A stretch of DNA of 64,000 bases from Candidatus Nomurabacteria bacterium (lineage in GTDB: Bacteria; Patescibacteriota; Patescibacteriia; HK-STAS-PATE-3): contig CP060223.1 of assembly GCA_023898465.1 (NCBI GenBank), positions 64,001-128,000 of the forward strand, in the 5' to 3' direction. Shown piece after piece: positions 38,386 through 46,623 of this stretch (positions are counted from its first letter, which is position 1; every line of letters starts with the position of its first letter). Under the pieces are notes generated by a model that saw only the letters and a program-made list of their open reading frames with translations, was not told the origin of the DNA and searched no databases. Made by a program: the position numbers and the translations under genes.

Positions 38386-39869
38386 GCGAAGAAGGTGATG
38401 CGACAAGTCGTGAGGTGCCTCCCCAAGTAAGAGAGGTACTTCGCCAAATGCAACGAGTCGCGAAGAGAGATCGCAAAAAGAAGGCGAAGCATCGAGCCCG
38501 CAGAGAGGAACGGAAAAAACAGGCAAAGGCAAGAGTGAAAGCTCGAACGGGTGAGCAGTCAACAGGTTCTCCAAGGAAAGGAGATGAACCTCGTCGTCCT
38601 GTTCCGCCGCCTCAGCCTGCACCAAGTGCTTCGCCGTCCTACGCATCTCTACTGGGAGATAAGCTTGGGGGAATTCCTCAAGTAAGACGAAATCCGAAGA
38701 GAGCAGAAACAAACCTGGGAGGCTCGCCGAGCTTCCCCCAAGATGAGGAGGGTCATGTAATGCCCGAGGTGTCCATGCGCGAAGAAGGAGGATCGAGGAA
38801 GCTTTTGATTGCCACTGTGGCGATCTTGTGCGTCCTCTTGGTCGGGGTGCTGATCTACACGCATCCCTGGAGTCCTCAGCAAGGTCTGACGGAGACCGAG
38901 GTGTCGGATATGATCAGGGAGTTCGCTGATCAGATGCCGGCTCCGGTCGCTGAAATCCCCGATGACGTGGTACGCAAGGGTGACCTTGCTTCGATGCAGC
39001 CGGCGGCGATCACTCTCAGCGCTTTCGACGAGACCTATCTCGATACGCTGTGGGCGACGGTCAAGGATCCGGTGACCGGGAAGATCGACTCGACGATGGT
39101 CGTGAAGACCCGGACGAGGAATCCCATCACTGATTTGCAGAAGGACGTGAAGAGTACCAATGCCGAGGCTCGTGCAGCCAAGGTTGCGGCACGGAATGCG
39201 GAGAAGCGTCTCAAGGAGACGCCGACCCAATTCGCCGTGACCGTGCCTTCGACTTCCACATCGACTTCGCTTCACCAGCCTGGTGGAGTGCAGTTGGGTG
39301 GTACCACGACCACGACGGCGCCTGTGCAGATGACGACTCGAACGAGTACGCAAGCCGGGCTGGTGGCTGGTACGATCGGAGGTGGTTCGCCGCCCCCGCC
39401 GCCGGCTAGCAACGTCGCTGTGTCCATGACTACCACGATGGTTCCGGCCGGTGAACAGGTGATGGGTGGGGACGGCTTGATGAAGCAGGGTCCGGCCGTT
39501 GCCTTTGTCTACAACGGTCAGACCTACGTTCGTCGGGATCTGGTGCAGCGCAACAAGTACGGCGACCCGATCAACCCCAGTCGAGCTGACCAGAACTTCT
39601 ACGTGATGGCCGGCGAGCAGGGGATGAACTGGAAGCTCGTCAATCCGGCCAAGCAGAAGATGACGGTCCAGGGCGACTATTTGGTCTGGCCTGGCGTGAT
39701 CAAAGGTCCTTTCCAGGTCGGCTGGGTGGATCCGAACGACCCGGCCTACATGCCTGAAAGTGGCGTAGTCTGGGCTCCGATCGCTGAGTTCTACTCCGGC
39801 TACGACGGGACCTTCTGTCGTGACCCCGACTATCAGTTGAGGGCTGTGGCGATCCAGCAGATGCCGTAG
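38382..39869 (+). CDS. membrane-anchored protein: K/R-rich cytoplasmic N-tail, one TM, T/S/P-rich region, C-terminal ~130-aa domain shared with the gene at 40047
   Basis: An ATGA overlap joins it to the upstream gene. The TM is LLIATVAILCVLLVGVLIY. The C-terminal segment GPAVAFVYNGQTYVRRDLVQRNKYGDPINP...GDYLVWPGVIKGPFQVGWVDPNDP...VWAPIAEFYSG aligns with residues ~265-375 of the next gene. Confidence 0.6.
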   Translation: MSEEGDATSREVPPQVREVLRQMQRVAKRDRKKKAKHRARREERKKQAKARVKARTGEQSTGSPRKGDEPRRPVPPPQPAPSASPSYASLLGDKLGGIPQVRRNPKRAETNLGGSPSFPQDEEGHVMPEVSMREEGGSRKLLIATVAILCVLLVGVLIYTHPWSPQQGLTETEVSDMIREFADQMPAPVAEIPDDVVRKGDLASMQPAAITLSAFDETYLDTLWATVKDPVTGKIDSTMVVKTRTRNPITDLQKDVKSTNAEARAAKVAARNAEKRLKETPTQFAVTVPSTSTSTSLHQPGGVQLGGTTTTTAPVQMTTRTSTQAGLVAGTIGGGSPPPPPASNVAVSMTTTMVPAGEQVMGGDGLMKQGPAVAFVYNGQTYVRRDLVQRNKYGDPINPSRADQNFYVMAGEQGMNWKLVNPAKQKMTVQGDYLVWPGVIKGPFQVGWVDPNDPAYMPESGVVWAPIAEFYSGYDGTFCRDPDYQLRAVAIQQMP

Positions 39870-39897
39870 TCCGCGACTGCAACGTTCTTTACTTCAA

Positions 39898-39936
39898 CCC
39901 CCGCTATATCTACGGATGTAGCGGGGCTTTCTTTTT
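39898..39936 (+). terminator. intrinsic terminator (cccccgcta-N12-tagcgggg + T-run)
   Basis: A perfect 8-bp stem is followed by ctttcttttt. Confidence 0.7.
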
Positions 39937-39943
39937 ACTATGC

Positions 39944-39972
39944 TTGACAAAATGCCAAAAATAGCATACTAT
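39944..39972 (+). promoter_or_regulatory. sigma70 consensus-like promoter (TTGACA-N17-TACTAT)
   Basis: The sequence is cttgacaaaatgccaaaaatagcaTACTAT, 75 nt upstream of the 40047 start. Confidence 0.6.
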
Positions 39973-40046
39973 AGCCGGTTCTTTTTGCACCTCACAATCT
40001 AGTTACACAAGCGAGAGACACTACACATCCCAACCGGGAGGACTAC

Positions 40047-41225
40047 ATGCTCCAACGTTTCTTTGCGTGGTCTTTGCTGGCGCTCTTCGCCTTCGGCTGT
40101 GCCGGAGGTAGTGCCACGCTGAAGCAGCATCAGCAGCCCGTCGGGCAGGTCTACGTGGGCGACTGCGTGCCGTCGGATGGCATTCATCCGACTGGCTACC
40201 TTCGCCTGACCAAGCCGCCGGAGGACTTCAACTCGATGCTGTCGATGTGGCACGCTGTTCAGGCCGAGGGTTCATCCGAGCCCTCGAAGATCGAGGTCGA
40301 CTACATCCGGGTCTACGCCCACGTAGCCGGCCGCGATTCACTGCTCGACAGCGACGAGTACAACGACATGATCGGGGACGGAGGTCTCTATCTTCGTCAT
40401 CCCTCGTGGTTCTACAACGATGACCATACGAGTCTGCCCTGCGAGTTCGACATGGTCAACGGTTACTTGGTCTTGCGACCGAGCGACTACCCGGATCGAG
40501 TCTTTCACTGGTGGAATTCCTACCATCCAGCGGAGGATGTCTGGCGTGTCACTATTCCGGCCGGTGCTACCAACTGCTGGGCAGAGACTCGGATTCGGAT
40601 TACGGGTCCAGCCTATGTCCAGGGCGGCATTGACTACTGGCGTTCACTCACTGCTCCGTACGGCGGCGTCGAAGTGAACAACCGGGAAGCCTGCATGTCC
40701 AACTGGACTTGCTCGGCTGATCCGGGTTGGCAGACCATCGTGGTTGGTAAGGACAAGCCGCAGGGCGACAGCGCTGTGGTCGATGCCGATGAGAACGGGA
40801 AACCGAAAGTCGTCCAGGCTCCGGTCTACGATCCTTTCGAGAGCAAGGCCGACGGTCTCCTCAAGAAAGGCGCTGCTGTCTGTTTTGTACAAGACGGACG
40901 CACCTACTTCCCGAAGGAGATCGTGGCGACGAACAAGTACAGCGATCCGGCTCGCCCCAAGAATGGCAAGTACTACTTGCTGGGCGGGGTGAAGCCATGG
41001 GCTATCGCCGGCGACGATCAAGAGCTCCGGGAAAACGGGGATTACCTCTACTATCCCGGCGTGGTCGACAAGGTGTGTCAGGTGGGCTGGGAGGATCCGG
41101 CCGACGCTTCGGCCGATCCGTCCGGAACCGTATGGAGCGCTTCAGCGGAACTTTTCTCGGGTCGCCCGGGATCAGTTTCGAAGAACGGTCAGTACGGCTA
41201 CCTGCCAGTCAATCTCTCCAACTAG
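40047..41225 (+). CDS. lipoprotein with C-terminal domain paralogous to the gene at 38382
   Basis: The lipobox is LLALFAFGCAGGS, with a GGGAGG RBS. The C-terminal segment AVCFVQDGRTYFPKEIVATNKYSDPARP...GDYLYYPGVVDKVCQVGWEDPAD...VWSASAELFSG aligns with the upstream gene. Confidence 0.6.
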   Translation: MLQRFFAWSLLALFAFGCAGGSATLKQHQQPVGQVYVGDCVPSDGIHPTGYLRLTKPPEDFNSMLSMWHAVQAEGSSEPSKIEVDYIRVYAHVAGRDSLLDSDEYNDMIGDGGLYLRHPSWFYNDDHTSLPCEFDMVNGYLVLRPSDYPDRVFHWWNSYHPAEDVWRVTIPAGATNCWAETRIRITGPAYVQGGIDYWRSLTAPYGGVEVNNREACMSNWTCSADPGWQTIVVGKDKPQGDSAVVDADENGKPKVVQAPVYDPFESKADGLLKKGAAVCFVQDGRTYFPKEIVATNKYSDPARPKNGKYYLLGGVKPWAIAGDDQELRENGDYLYYPGVVDKVCQVGWEDPADASADPSGTVWSASAELFSGRPGSVSKNGQYGYLPVNLSN

Positions 41226-41334
41226 GAGAAGGTGATTCACCCCGGTGCATGCAATGCGTGCGCCGGGTTTTCTTATTGACCATGGGCAATATTTTTGCTA
41301 TAGTCGCCTGTTCACTTTCTTTTACTGAGTTGTA

Positions 41335-43107
41335 ATGTTACGCAATATTCTTGTCATTCTCGGACTCGCCATTTCACTCACCAGCTTCACGCCAAAGCAG
41401 GAGAGTCGCGATGGCGTGTATGCGTTTACCACGCCTCCTTTAAGTATTGGTCAAGGAGTGGTGGTGACAAATGATGGCATTGTGATTGGCGATGGCGTGA
41501 CTGATTCCCGGCAAGGAATACAGGAGCTGCTTAGTGGTGATGACTTGGAACATTTTCTTGACCAAAGCTCTCAGCAGTTTGATGCCGTAGAGCTGCGTAT
41601 CTGGACATGGTTCCTGGGTCAAAACGATTTTACTATTGGCACGGTGAATAATTTCCTTGCCCGTGCTCATGCCCACGGCTTGCAAGTGTACTTAAATACT
41701 TGGGAATATCCTGGCACACATCCCGACCTTCTGCCTGCTGAGTATCAGGCATATAAACTTGCTGACACCGGACAACGCGTGCCGGCCCTAGTGAATGATG
41801 GACAAATCAGCGCGCAGCACATTGATAAAGCAAACCCCGCTGCACTGGAATGGATGAGTGGGCAACTGCGGAGTGCGCTGACTTCTTTTGACGTTTTCGA
41901 TGGATACCTCATTGTTGAGGATAGGGTTTCCGATTGGGTGCATGGGTCTTTCCCACAGTATGTACGTTATTGGGATTCACCGACCTATTCCGATGCAGCG
42001 CTTGATTCATTTCAACATTATCTCCTACTGCATGGTCAGGATGCAACACAGCGATTCCCAGTGGATCGTCCGGAGTTAGTTTCTCAATTCACCCAGTATG
42101 TTCCTTCAGCCCCAGAAAGTGCTTTATGGAAGTATTGGTATCAATGGCGCTTTGAACTTTTTGCTGACTATGTGGAGAGTCTGAGTAATGCGGTGAAGTC
42201 AGTGCAAAGGGTGCCAGTGCTTTACATGCCTTGGCAACGTGTGGTGGATGAATTTGATTACGCCTACGCTGATGATTGGTCAGCCAATCGTTGGGATGTT
42301 GGATACGGTCCGGGCAATCCCGAGAATGCCATCTTCGGCGTCTCGCTTCACACCCTGGCAAAACGCGGATCAATTGATGCCTACGTGCATGAATTTGGAG
42401 AGGATGGTACGCATGAGCTCTGGCCAATGTCTTTTAATGCGCTGCAGTTAGAAAAAGCCAAAATTGCTTTGTCAGATTCTTATGTTACCCTAGGCAGCTT
42501 TATTCAATTTTTTAATTACGAAGGTAGAGAAATAGTTTCCCCTGAACTACTTCAAGATGCCTTAGCCATCGGACGGCAAAACGAGGCAAAGATTTTTGTA
42601 GCTTACGATGTTGCCACACTGTATGATCGTTCAGGTCGCTATGATGCACATACCTCAGCGCTTTGGCAGCAAGCAAGAACACATGCATATGCCATTGATG
42701 AAGAGGAAATCCGAAACGCAAGTCAGCTAGCGCCAGCGCAGGTTTTTGCTCGAAAATTACCTGAACAGATTCCAGAAGGAGTGGCCGCCTGGACTGCCGA
42801 TGATGGGTATGTGTATGTGCGGACCGAGGCTCTGCCCGGTAACGGACCATACTATGTCGTATACGATCACTGGAATGCACCACTACTTGATGCGCAGCAC
42901 CTTATGGAATACTATCCAGAGCATGGTTTAGTCGCTATACATGCTGATGGGTTAAAAGGCGCTGCTTTTCAAATCATTACTCCGGGACCGCAGGGTAGCG
43001 TCGCGTGGTCAGAAATTCGTGAACAGCTTTGTGAGCTGGGGTATCAAGGGATCGTATGTAGCCCAAATAGTTGGCTTTATCAACCAGTGGGGCTTCATTC
43101 CATGTAG
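41335..43107 (+). CDS. secreted protein, putative TIM-barrel glycoside hydrolase-like (tentative)
   Basis: The signal peptide is MLRNILVILGLAISLTSF. NTWEYPG and YLIVEDRVSDW are possible clan GH-A acid/nucleophile-like motifs. A terminator and a promoter (TTGACC-N17-TATAGT) lie upstream. Confidence 0.35.
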   Translation: MLRNILVILGLAISLTSFTPKQESRDGVYAFTTPPLSIGQGVVVTNDGIVIGDGVTDSRQGIQELLSGDDLEHFLDQSSQQFDAVELRIWTWFLGQNDFTIGTVNNFLARAHAHGLQVYLNTWEYPGTHPDLLPAEYQAYKLADTGQRVPALVNDGQISAQHIDKANPAALEWMSGQLRSALTSFDVFDGYLIVEDRVSDWVHGSFPQYVRYWDSPTYSDAALDSFQHYLLLHGQDATQRFPVDRPELVSQFTQYVPSAPESALWKYWYQWRFELFADYVESLSNAVKSVQRVPVLYMPWQRVVDEFDYAYADDWSANRWDVGYGPGNPENAIFGVSLHTLAKRGSIDAYVHEFGEDGTHELWPMSFNALQLEKAKIALSDSYVTLGSFIQFFNYEGREIVSPELLQDALAIGRQNEAKIFVAYDVATLYDRSGRYDAHTSALWQQARTHAYAIDEEEIRNASQLAPAQVFARKLPEQIPEGVAAWTADDGYVYVRTEALPGNGPYYVVYDHWNAPLLDAQHLMEYYPEHGLVAIHADGLKGAAFQIITPGPQGSVAWSEIREQLCELGYQGIVCSPNSWLYQPVGLHSM

Positions 43108-43135
43108 GGAGTTCTTTGTCAGAGGAGGAGTGAAT

Positions 43136-43600
43136 ATGCAGTGGAGGTTGTGGATCTACGTGTTGGCTTGCGTACTGTGCGCATCGCAGTCTGCGTACGG
43201 TCAGTCTGAGCAATTCCAGCCAATGTACAGCATAGCGCCAGAGTATCCACTTTCAGCGTGGATTGCTGGTGAGTCTGGGTCGGTGATGGTGGGAATGCAG
43301 ATTGACCCGGTCGGCCGTGTGGAGGAGGTCTGGGTTCAGTCTTCAACAAGCTCGTTGTTTGAGCGGTATGCGCTCGAGGCGGCGAAGCAGTGGGTTTTTG
43401 TACCGATCATGCCCATGGTGGATCTGATCGACGCGGTGGATGGCGTTATGGTCTTGCGTAGAATTCCGGAGCTTGAAACAGCGAGTTACCTGGAAACACA
43501 TCCGGGAATCATTGACAGTCTCGTCTACGAGTGGACGGAAAAACAGGACCAACCGTCCCCGGTCCGTAGCGTCAGTATCCCTTTCAATTTCAACCACTAA
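43136..43600 (+). CDS. secreted TonB C-terminal domain protein (stand-alone, no Pro-rich/TM part)
   Basis: The RBS agaggagg precedes the start, and a signal peptide is present. The motif YSIAPEYPLSAWIAGESGSVMVGMQIDPVGRVEEVWVQSSTSSLFERYALEAAKQWVFVP matches the TonB_C fold signature (YP..A...G.SG.V.V.F.I...G.V). Confidence 0.55.
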   Translation: MQWRLWIYVLACVLCASQSAYGQSEQFQPMYSIAPEYPLSAWIAGESGSVMVGMQIDPVGRVEEVWVQSSTSSLFERYALEAAKQWVFVPIMPMVDLIDAVDGVMVLRRIPELETASYLETHPGIIDSLVYEWTEKQDQPSPVRSVSIPFNFNH

Positions 43601-43634
43601 GTACGAGCCGCTTATCCTCTGGGTAGGCGGCTTT

Positions 43635-43832
43635 CTATATATTCAAATCAAGCGATTGAATCAAGACAGGCAGAAGAAGCAGTACGCCAATCAAGGGGAG
43701 TAAGAATAAGAGAAGGTTGGCAACTAAGGACCATAGGAAATATTTCCGCGTTTTTTCTGTTGACTGATAGATGGCCTTGAGTAAAGCATCTTGATCATCA
43801 AGTCGTTTTTTTAGTTCGTCGTCCATATGCAT
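43635..43832 (-). CDS. small membrane protein (65 aa)
   Basis: It has a hydrophobic C-terminal half. Its start overlaps the stop of the upstream ORF, indicating an operon with the flavodoxin gene. Confidence 0.35.
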   Translation of the reverse strand: MHMDDELKKRLDDQDALLKAIYQSTEKTRKYFLWSLVANLLLFLLPLIGVLLLLPVLIQSLDLNI

Positions 43833-44221
43833 TAACTTAAGAAATCAAGGTAAATGCCAATAAGAATGGCCAGTGTTGAAGAGGTAAATATGACAATATA
43901 GTTCCAGCGTTCTTTCGATGAGCCAAGCGTTGTAAAGATATAACGCATTGCAGATCGCTCTTCCTCTGATAGGTTATCAAGTGATTGAATACGTTCAGCG
44001 AGCTTATATTCAGCAATGACACGCGCTCTTTTTTTCGCAACTTGGTAACGATGCAAAAAATAGAGCACAAAACCGACCGTACCAAAATACCAGACCACTT
44101 GCACCCAAACTGTTCCGATATTGTTCAGTACAATAATACTGCGATAGGCGATGGTGGCAAGTATGCCTATCCAAAAAAAGAGTAAGCGAAGTCCTGCCGA
44201 ATGAGGTTTCAAGGTTTCCAT
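43832..44221 (-). CDS. membrane protein (129 aa, ~3 TM), unknown function
   Basis: Its start ATG overlaps the flavodoxin stop (taATGg). Confidence 0.4.
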   Translation of the reverse strand: METLKPHSAGLRLLFFWIGILATIAYRSIIVLNNIGTVWVQVVWYFGTVGFVLYFLHRYQVAKKRARVIAEYKLAERIQSLDNLSEEERSAMRYIFTTLGSSKERWNYIVIFTSSTLAILIGIYLDFLS

Positions 44222-44700
44222 TACTTGCTGTTTGCTTTATCTAGTACATGTGTAGCCCAGGCCTGTACACGCTGACGATTTTTATCCAAATCGTAGAAAT
44301 AATGAAGCAGCCGAAGTGTTGCGCCTATCTTTTTTCCACCTACATCAGTAACCAATTTTTCGAGGTGGTCAGCAGCCGCGCAAGTTTCTTGATACGATTC
44401 GTCACCTAATCCGTAGACAGCAAAATTTTGCTTATGCAAGGAGACGCCATGAAGTTTTTCAACCAGTTCCCGCATATGTTGTTGCAGTTGACCTTCTAGA
44501 CGTTTACCATCTTCAGTAATATGTTCCCAGGTACAGGAGCCTAGGAAAACAAAATCCGGCTGGCGAAGCTCCTCTGCTTGTACAGAATCGGCCCGGCGGA
44601 TATGTACGGTGTGTCCAGCTTCTTGCCAGACTGATGCGATTTGTTTGGCCACGTCCAGCGTGCCGCCGGAATTCGTGCCATAGACAATGAAAACCTCCAT
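44221..44700 (-). CDS. flavodoxin (short-chain)
   Basis: The N-terminal flavodoxin signature is MEVFIVYGTNSGGT. It is ~159 aa. The longer ORF to 44919 runs through the tRNA gene and is rejected. Confidence 0.7.
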   Translation of the reverse strand: MEVFIVYGTNSGGTLDVAKQIASVWQEAGHTVHIRRADSVQAEELRQPDFVFLGSCTWEHITEDGKRLEGQLQQHMRELVEKLHGVSLHKQNFAVYGLGDESYQETCAAADHLEKLVTDVGGKKIGATLRLLHYFYDLDKNRQRVQAWATHVLDKANSK

Positions 44701-44792
44701 ATATATATAGTGTACGGTATTTTCTCGCATTCGGCTACTGTAGGATGTTGTAAAAAAGAAAAAGAACGGACACATAGCCCATTCTTTTTCTT

Positions 44793-44867
44793 TGGCTCCG
44801 GGGACAGGGATCGAACCTGCGACCAAGTGGTTAACAGCCACCTGCTCTACCACTGAGCTACCCCGGA
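44793..44867 (-). tRNA. tRNA-Asn (anticodon GTT), CCA encoded
   Basis: The reverse complement is TCCGGGGTAGCTCAGTGGTAGAGCAGGTGGCTGTTAACCACTTGGTCGCAGGTTCGATCCCTGTCCCCGGAGCCA. It has a 7-bp acceptor stem, a D-arm, an anticodon loop CTGTTAA and a T-arm GGTTCGATCC. Confidence 0.85.
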
Positions 44868-45047
44868 ATACACCCACTTGAACGAAGCCTAGTGTAGCGT
44901 GCTCAGCCTTTCTTGGCAACTATAGGCTTGAAAGAATAAGGCATTGACAAATGTATCATATATAGTATGATGGAATTGCTTGTTAGCTCTTTGCATCAAC
45001 GAGACACGTTGTTCGGCAAAGCTGACATCTAGAAAAAGGAGTATGAG

Positions 45048-45230
45048 ATGAGTGAAGGTAGCTCTGGGGGCGGACTCGCTTCTTTGTTGGGCCTTCTTTT
45101 CGGCGCTCTGATTTGGCAAGGACTTGCTGAGCGAACGCACGCGAAGGACAAGCCGCCGCCCGTTCAGAAGCCTGAACCTGCACCAGCCCCAGCACCGCGT
45201 CCAGTCATTCCGTTTCGGGAGCACAAGTAA
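45048..45230 (+). CDS. small protein (60 aa): hydrophobic N-terminal segment, Pro/Ala-rich tail
   Basis: An aaaggag RBS lies 7 nt before the ATG. A strong terminator lies downstream. Confidence 0.4.
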   Translation: MSEGSSGGGLASLLGLLFGALIWQGLAERTHAKDKPPPVQKPEPAPAPAPRPVIPFREHK

Positions 45231-45259
45231 CCAAGGGGTAGGGAATGCGTGTCTTATCA

Positions 45260-45298
45260 AAGATCCGTCACAGGGATATGACGGATCTTTTCTTTTAC
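45260..45298. terminator. bidirectional intrinsic terminator (11-bp perfect stem aagatccgtca/tgacggatctt + T-run)
   Basis: The + strand ends in ttcttttac. On the - strand a second hairpin, cggagctcacgggctccg + tttt (45304-45321), terminates rpoD. Confidence 0.7.
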
Positions 45299-45347
45299 AC
45301 AAAACGGAGCCCGTGAGCTCCGCTTTGCCTTCGCCTGAGTATTGCGA

Positions 45348-46580
45348 CTAGTAATCTTTGAGTTTACGCATGCCTTCATGTGACTGGATTTTTTCCAGTG
45401 CCTTAGCTTCAATCTGTCGGATACGCTCACGGGTCACGCCAAATTCCTGACCCACTTCCTCCAGGGTATGTGCGACACCGTCAGTTAGTCCGAAACGCAT
45501 CTCCAGGATTTTTTGCTCGCGAGGTTGTAGCTCGCGAATGATTTGCTGCACGTGATCTTTCAGTAGTTGCATCGCTGCAACACGATCCGGCGAAACCGAT
45601 TTCACATCTTCAATGAAATCGCCCAGGGTTGAGTCTTCGTCACCTTCACCCACGGAAGTTTCCAAGGAGACAGTGTCTTGGCTGATTTTGATGATTTGGT
45701 GAATTTTCTCAACCGGTTCACCCATTTCCGCGGCGATTTCTTCTGGCAGTGGTTCACGACCCAGATCTTGGATAAGCTGCCGTTCAATCTGCTGGAATTT
45801 ATTAATCGTTTCAACCATGTGTACCGGGATGCGGATAGTTCTTGATTGATCAGCGAGAGCGCGAGTAATGGCTTGGCGAATCCACCAAGTAGCATAGGTA
45901 GAGAATTTATATCCTTTACGATAATCGAATTTCTCTACTGCGCGGAAGAGTCCAATGTTACCCTCCTGAATGAGGTCAAGCAGAGAAAGTGATCGACCAG
46001 TAAACTTCTTCGCAATGGACACGACGAGACGTAGGTTTGCTTCAACCAAGCGACGGTGCGCTTCTTGCTCACCTCGTTCTTTACGTTTTGCTAAAGCCAC
46101 CTCTTCTTCAGTGGTTAACAAAGGCACCTTGCCGATTTCTCGAAGGTACATCTGGATAGAGTCGTTGGAGATATCACCCAGGTCGAAGTGTCGTTCCTCA
46201 GTGCTGAGGCCAATTTTTTCTCGAATGCTGGATTGATCGTCGTTGAGATTGAGAATGCTTTCTCCAGTTTCCACCACACTGATGCCTTGCATCTCGAAGC
46301 GATCAAGGAGCGTATCGTAGTAGTCCAGATACTCTTCTAATTCAGGTAGGGCAAAAAGAATCTCCGTTTCAGTTACAAAACCGCGAATACGTCCCTTGTG
46401 CACAAGCTGGTCTACTGCTGCAGCATCTGGTTCAATCGGCGCCTTAGCTTTTGCGCGTGGCTTCGTAGTGGTCTTTGCTTTGCCTGTAGTTTTTTTCTTT
46501 GCTACCGCTTTTGTGCTCTTTACTTTTTTTGTTTTTTTTACACTTTTGGTCGACTTCTTGGCAGGAGACTTTTTCTTCAT
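45348..46580 (-). CDS. rpoD: RNA polymerase sigma factor RpoD/SigA (primary sigma-70) with lysine-rich N-terminal extension
   Basis: Region 2 reads ...[39 protein letters not shown]. Regions 3 and 4.2 (...[19 protein letters not shown]) are present. It lies downstream of dnaG (MMS operon arrangement). Confidence 0.9.
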   Translation of the reverse strand: MKKKSPAKKSTKSVKKTKKVKSTKAVAKKKTTGKAKTTTKPRAKAKAPIEPDAAAVDQLVHKGRIRGFVTETEILFALPELEEYLDYYDTLLDRFEMQGISVVETGESILNLNDDQSSIREKIGLSTEERHFDLGDISNDSIQMYLREIGKVPLLTTEEEVALAKRKERGEQEAHRRLVEANLRLVVSIAKKFTGRSLSLLDLIQEGNIGLFRAVEKFDYRKGYKFSTYATWWIRQAITRALADQSRTIRIPVHMVETINKFQQIERQLIQDLGREPLPEEIAAEMGEPVEKIHQIIKISQDTVSLETSVGEGDEDSTLGDFIEDVKSVSPDRVAAMQLLKDHVQQIIRELQPREQKILEMRFGLTDGVAHTLEEVGQEFGVTRERIRQIEAKALEKIQSHEGMRKLKDY

Positions 46581-46623
46581 ACGTAAAAAGTTGCGCTAGA
46601 GAGTGAGAAATGAGAGCGATGTC

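Noticed and set aside
37804-39353. Long antisense ORFs (302, 234, 122 aa) in the GC-rich island
   Set aside because: It is an Arg/His-rich antisense reading with no RBS. The sense strand carries coherent secreted-protein genes with an ATGA junction.
44221-44919. 232-aa ORF extending the flavodoxin N-terminally
   Set aside because: The extension reads through the tRNA-Asn gene. The flavodoxin signature begins at MEVFIVYG (start 44700).
44889-45302. 137-aa minus-strand ORF
   Set aside because: It overlaps the RBS-supported plus-strand small gene and the bidirectional terminator, and has no start context.
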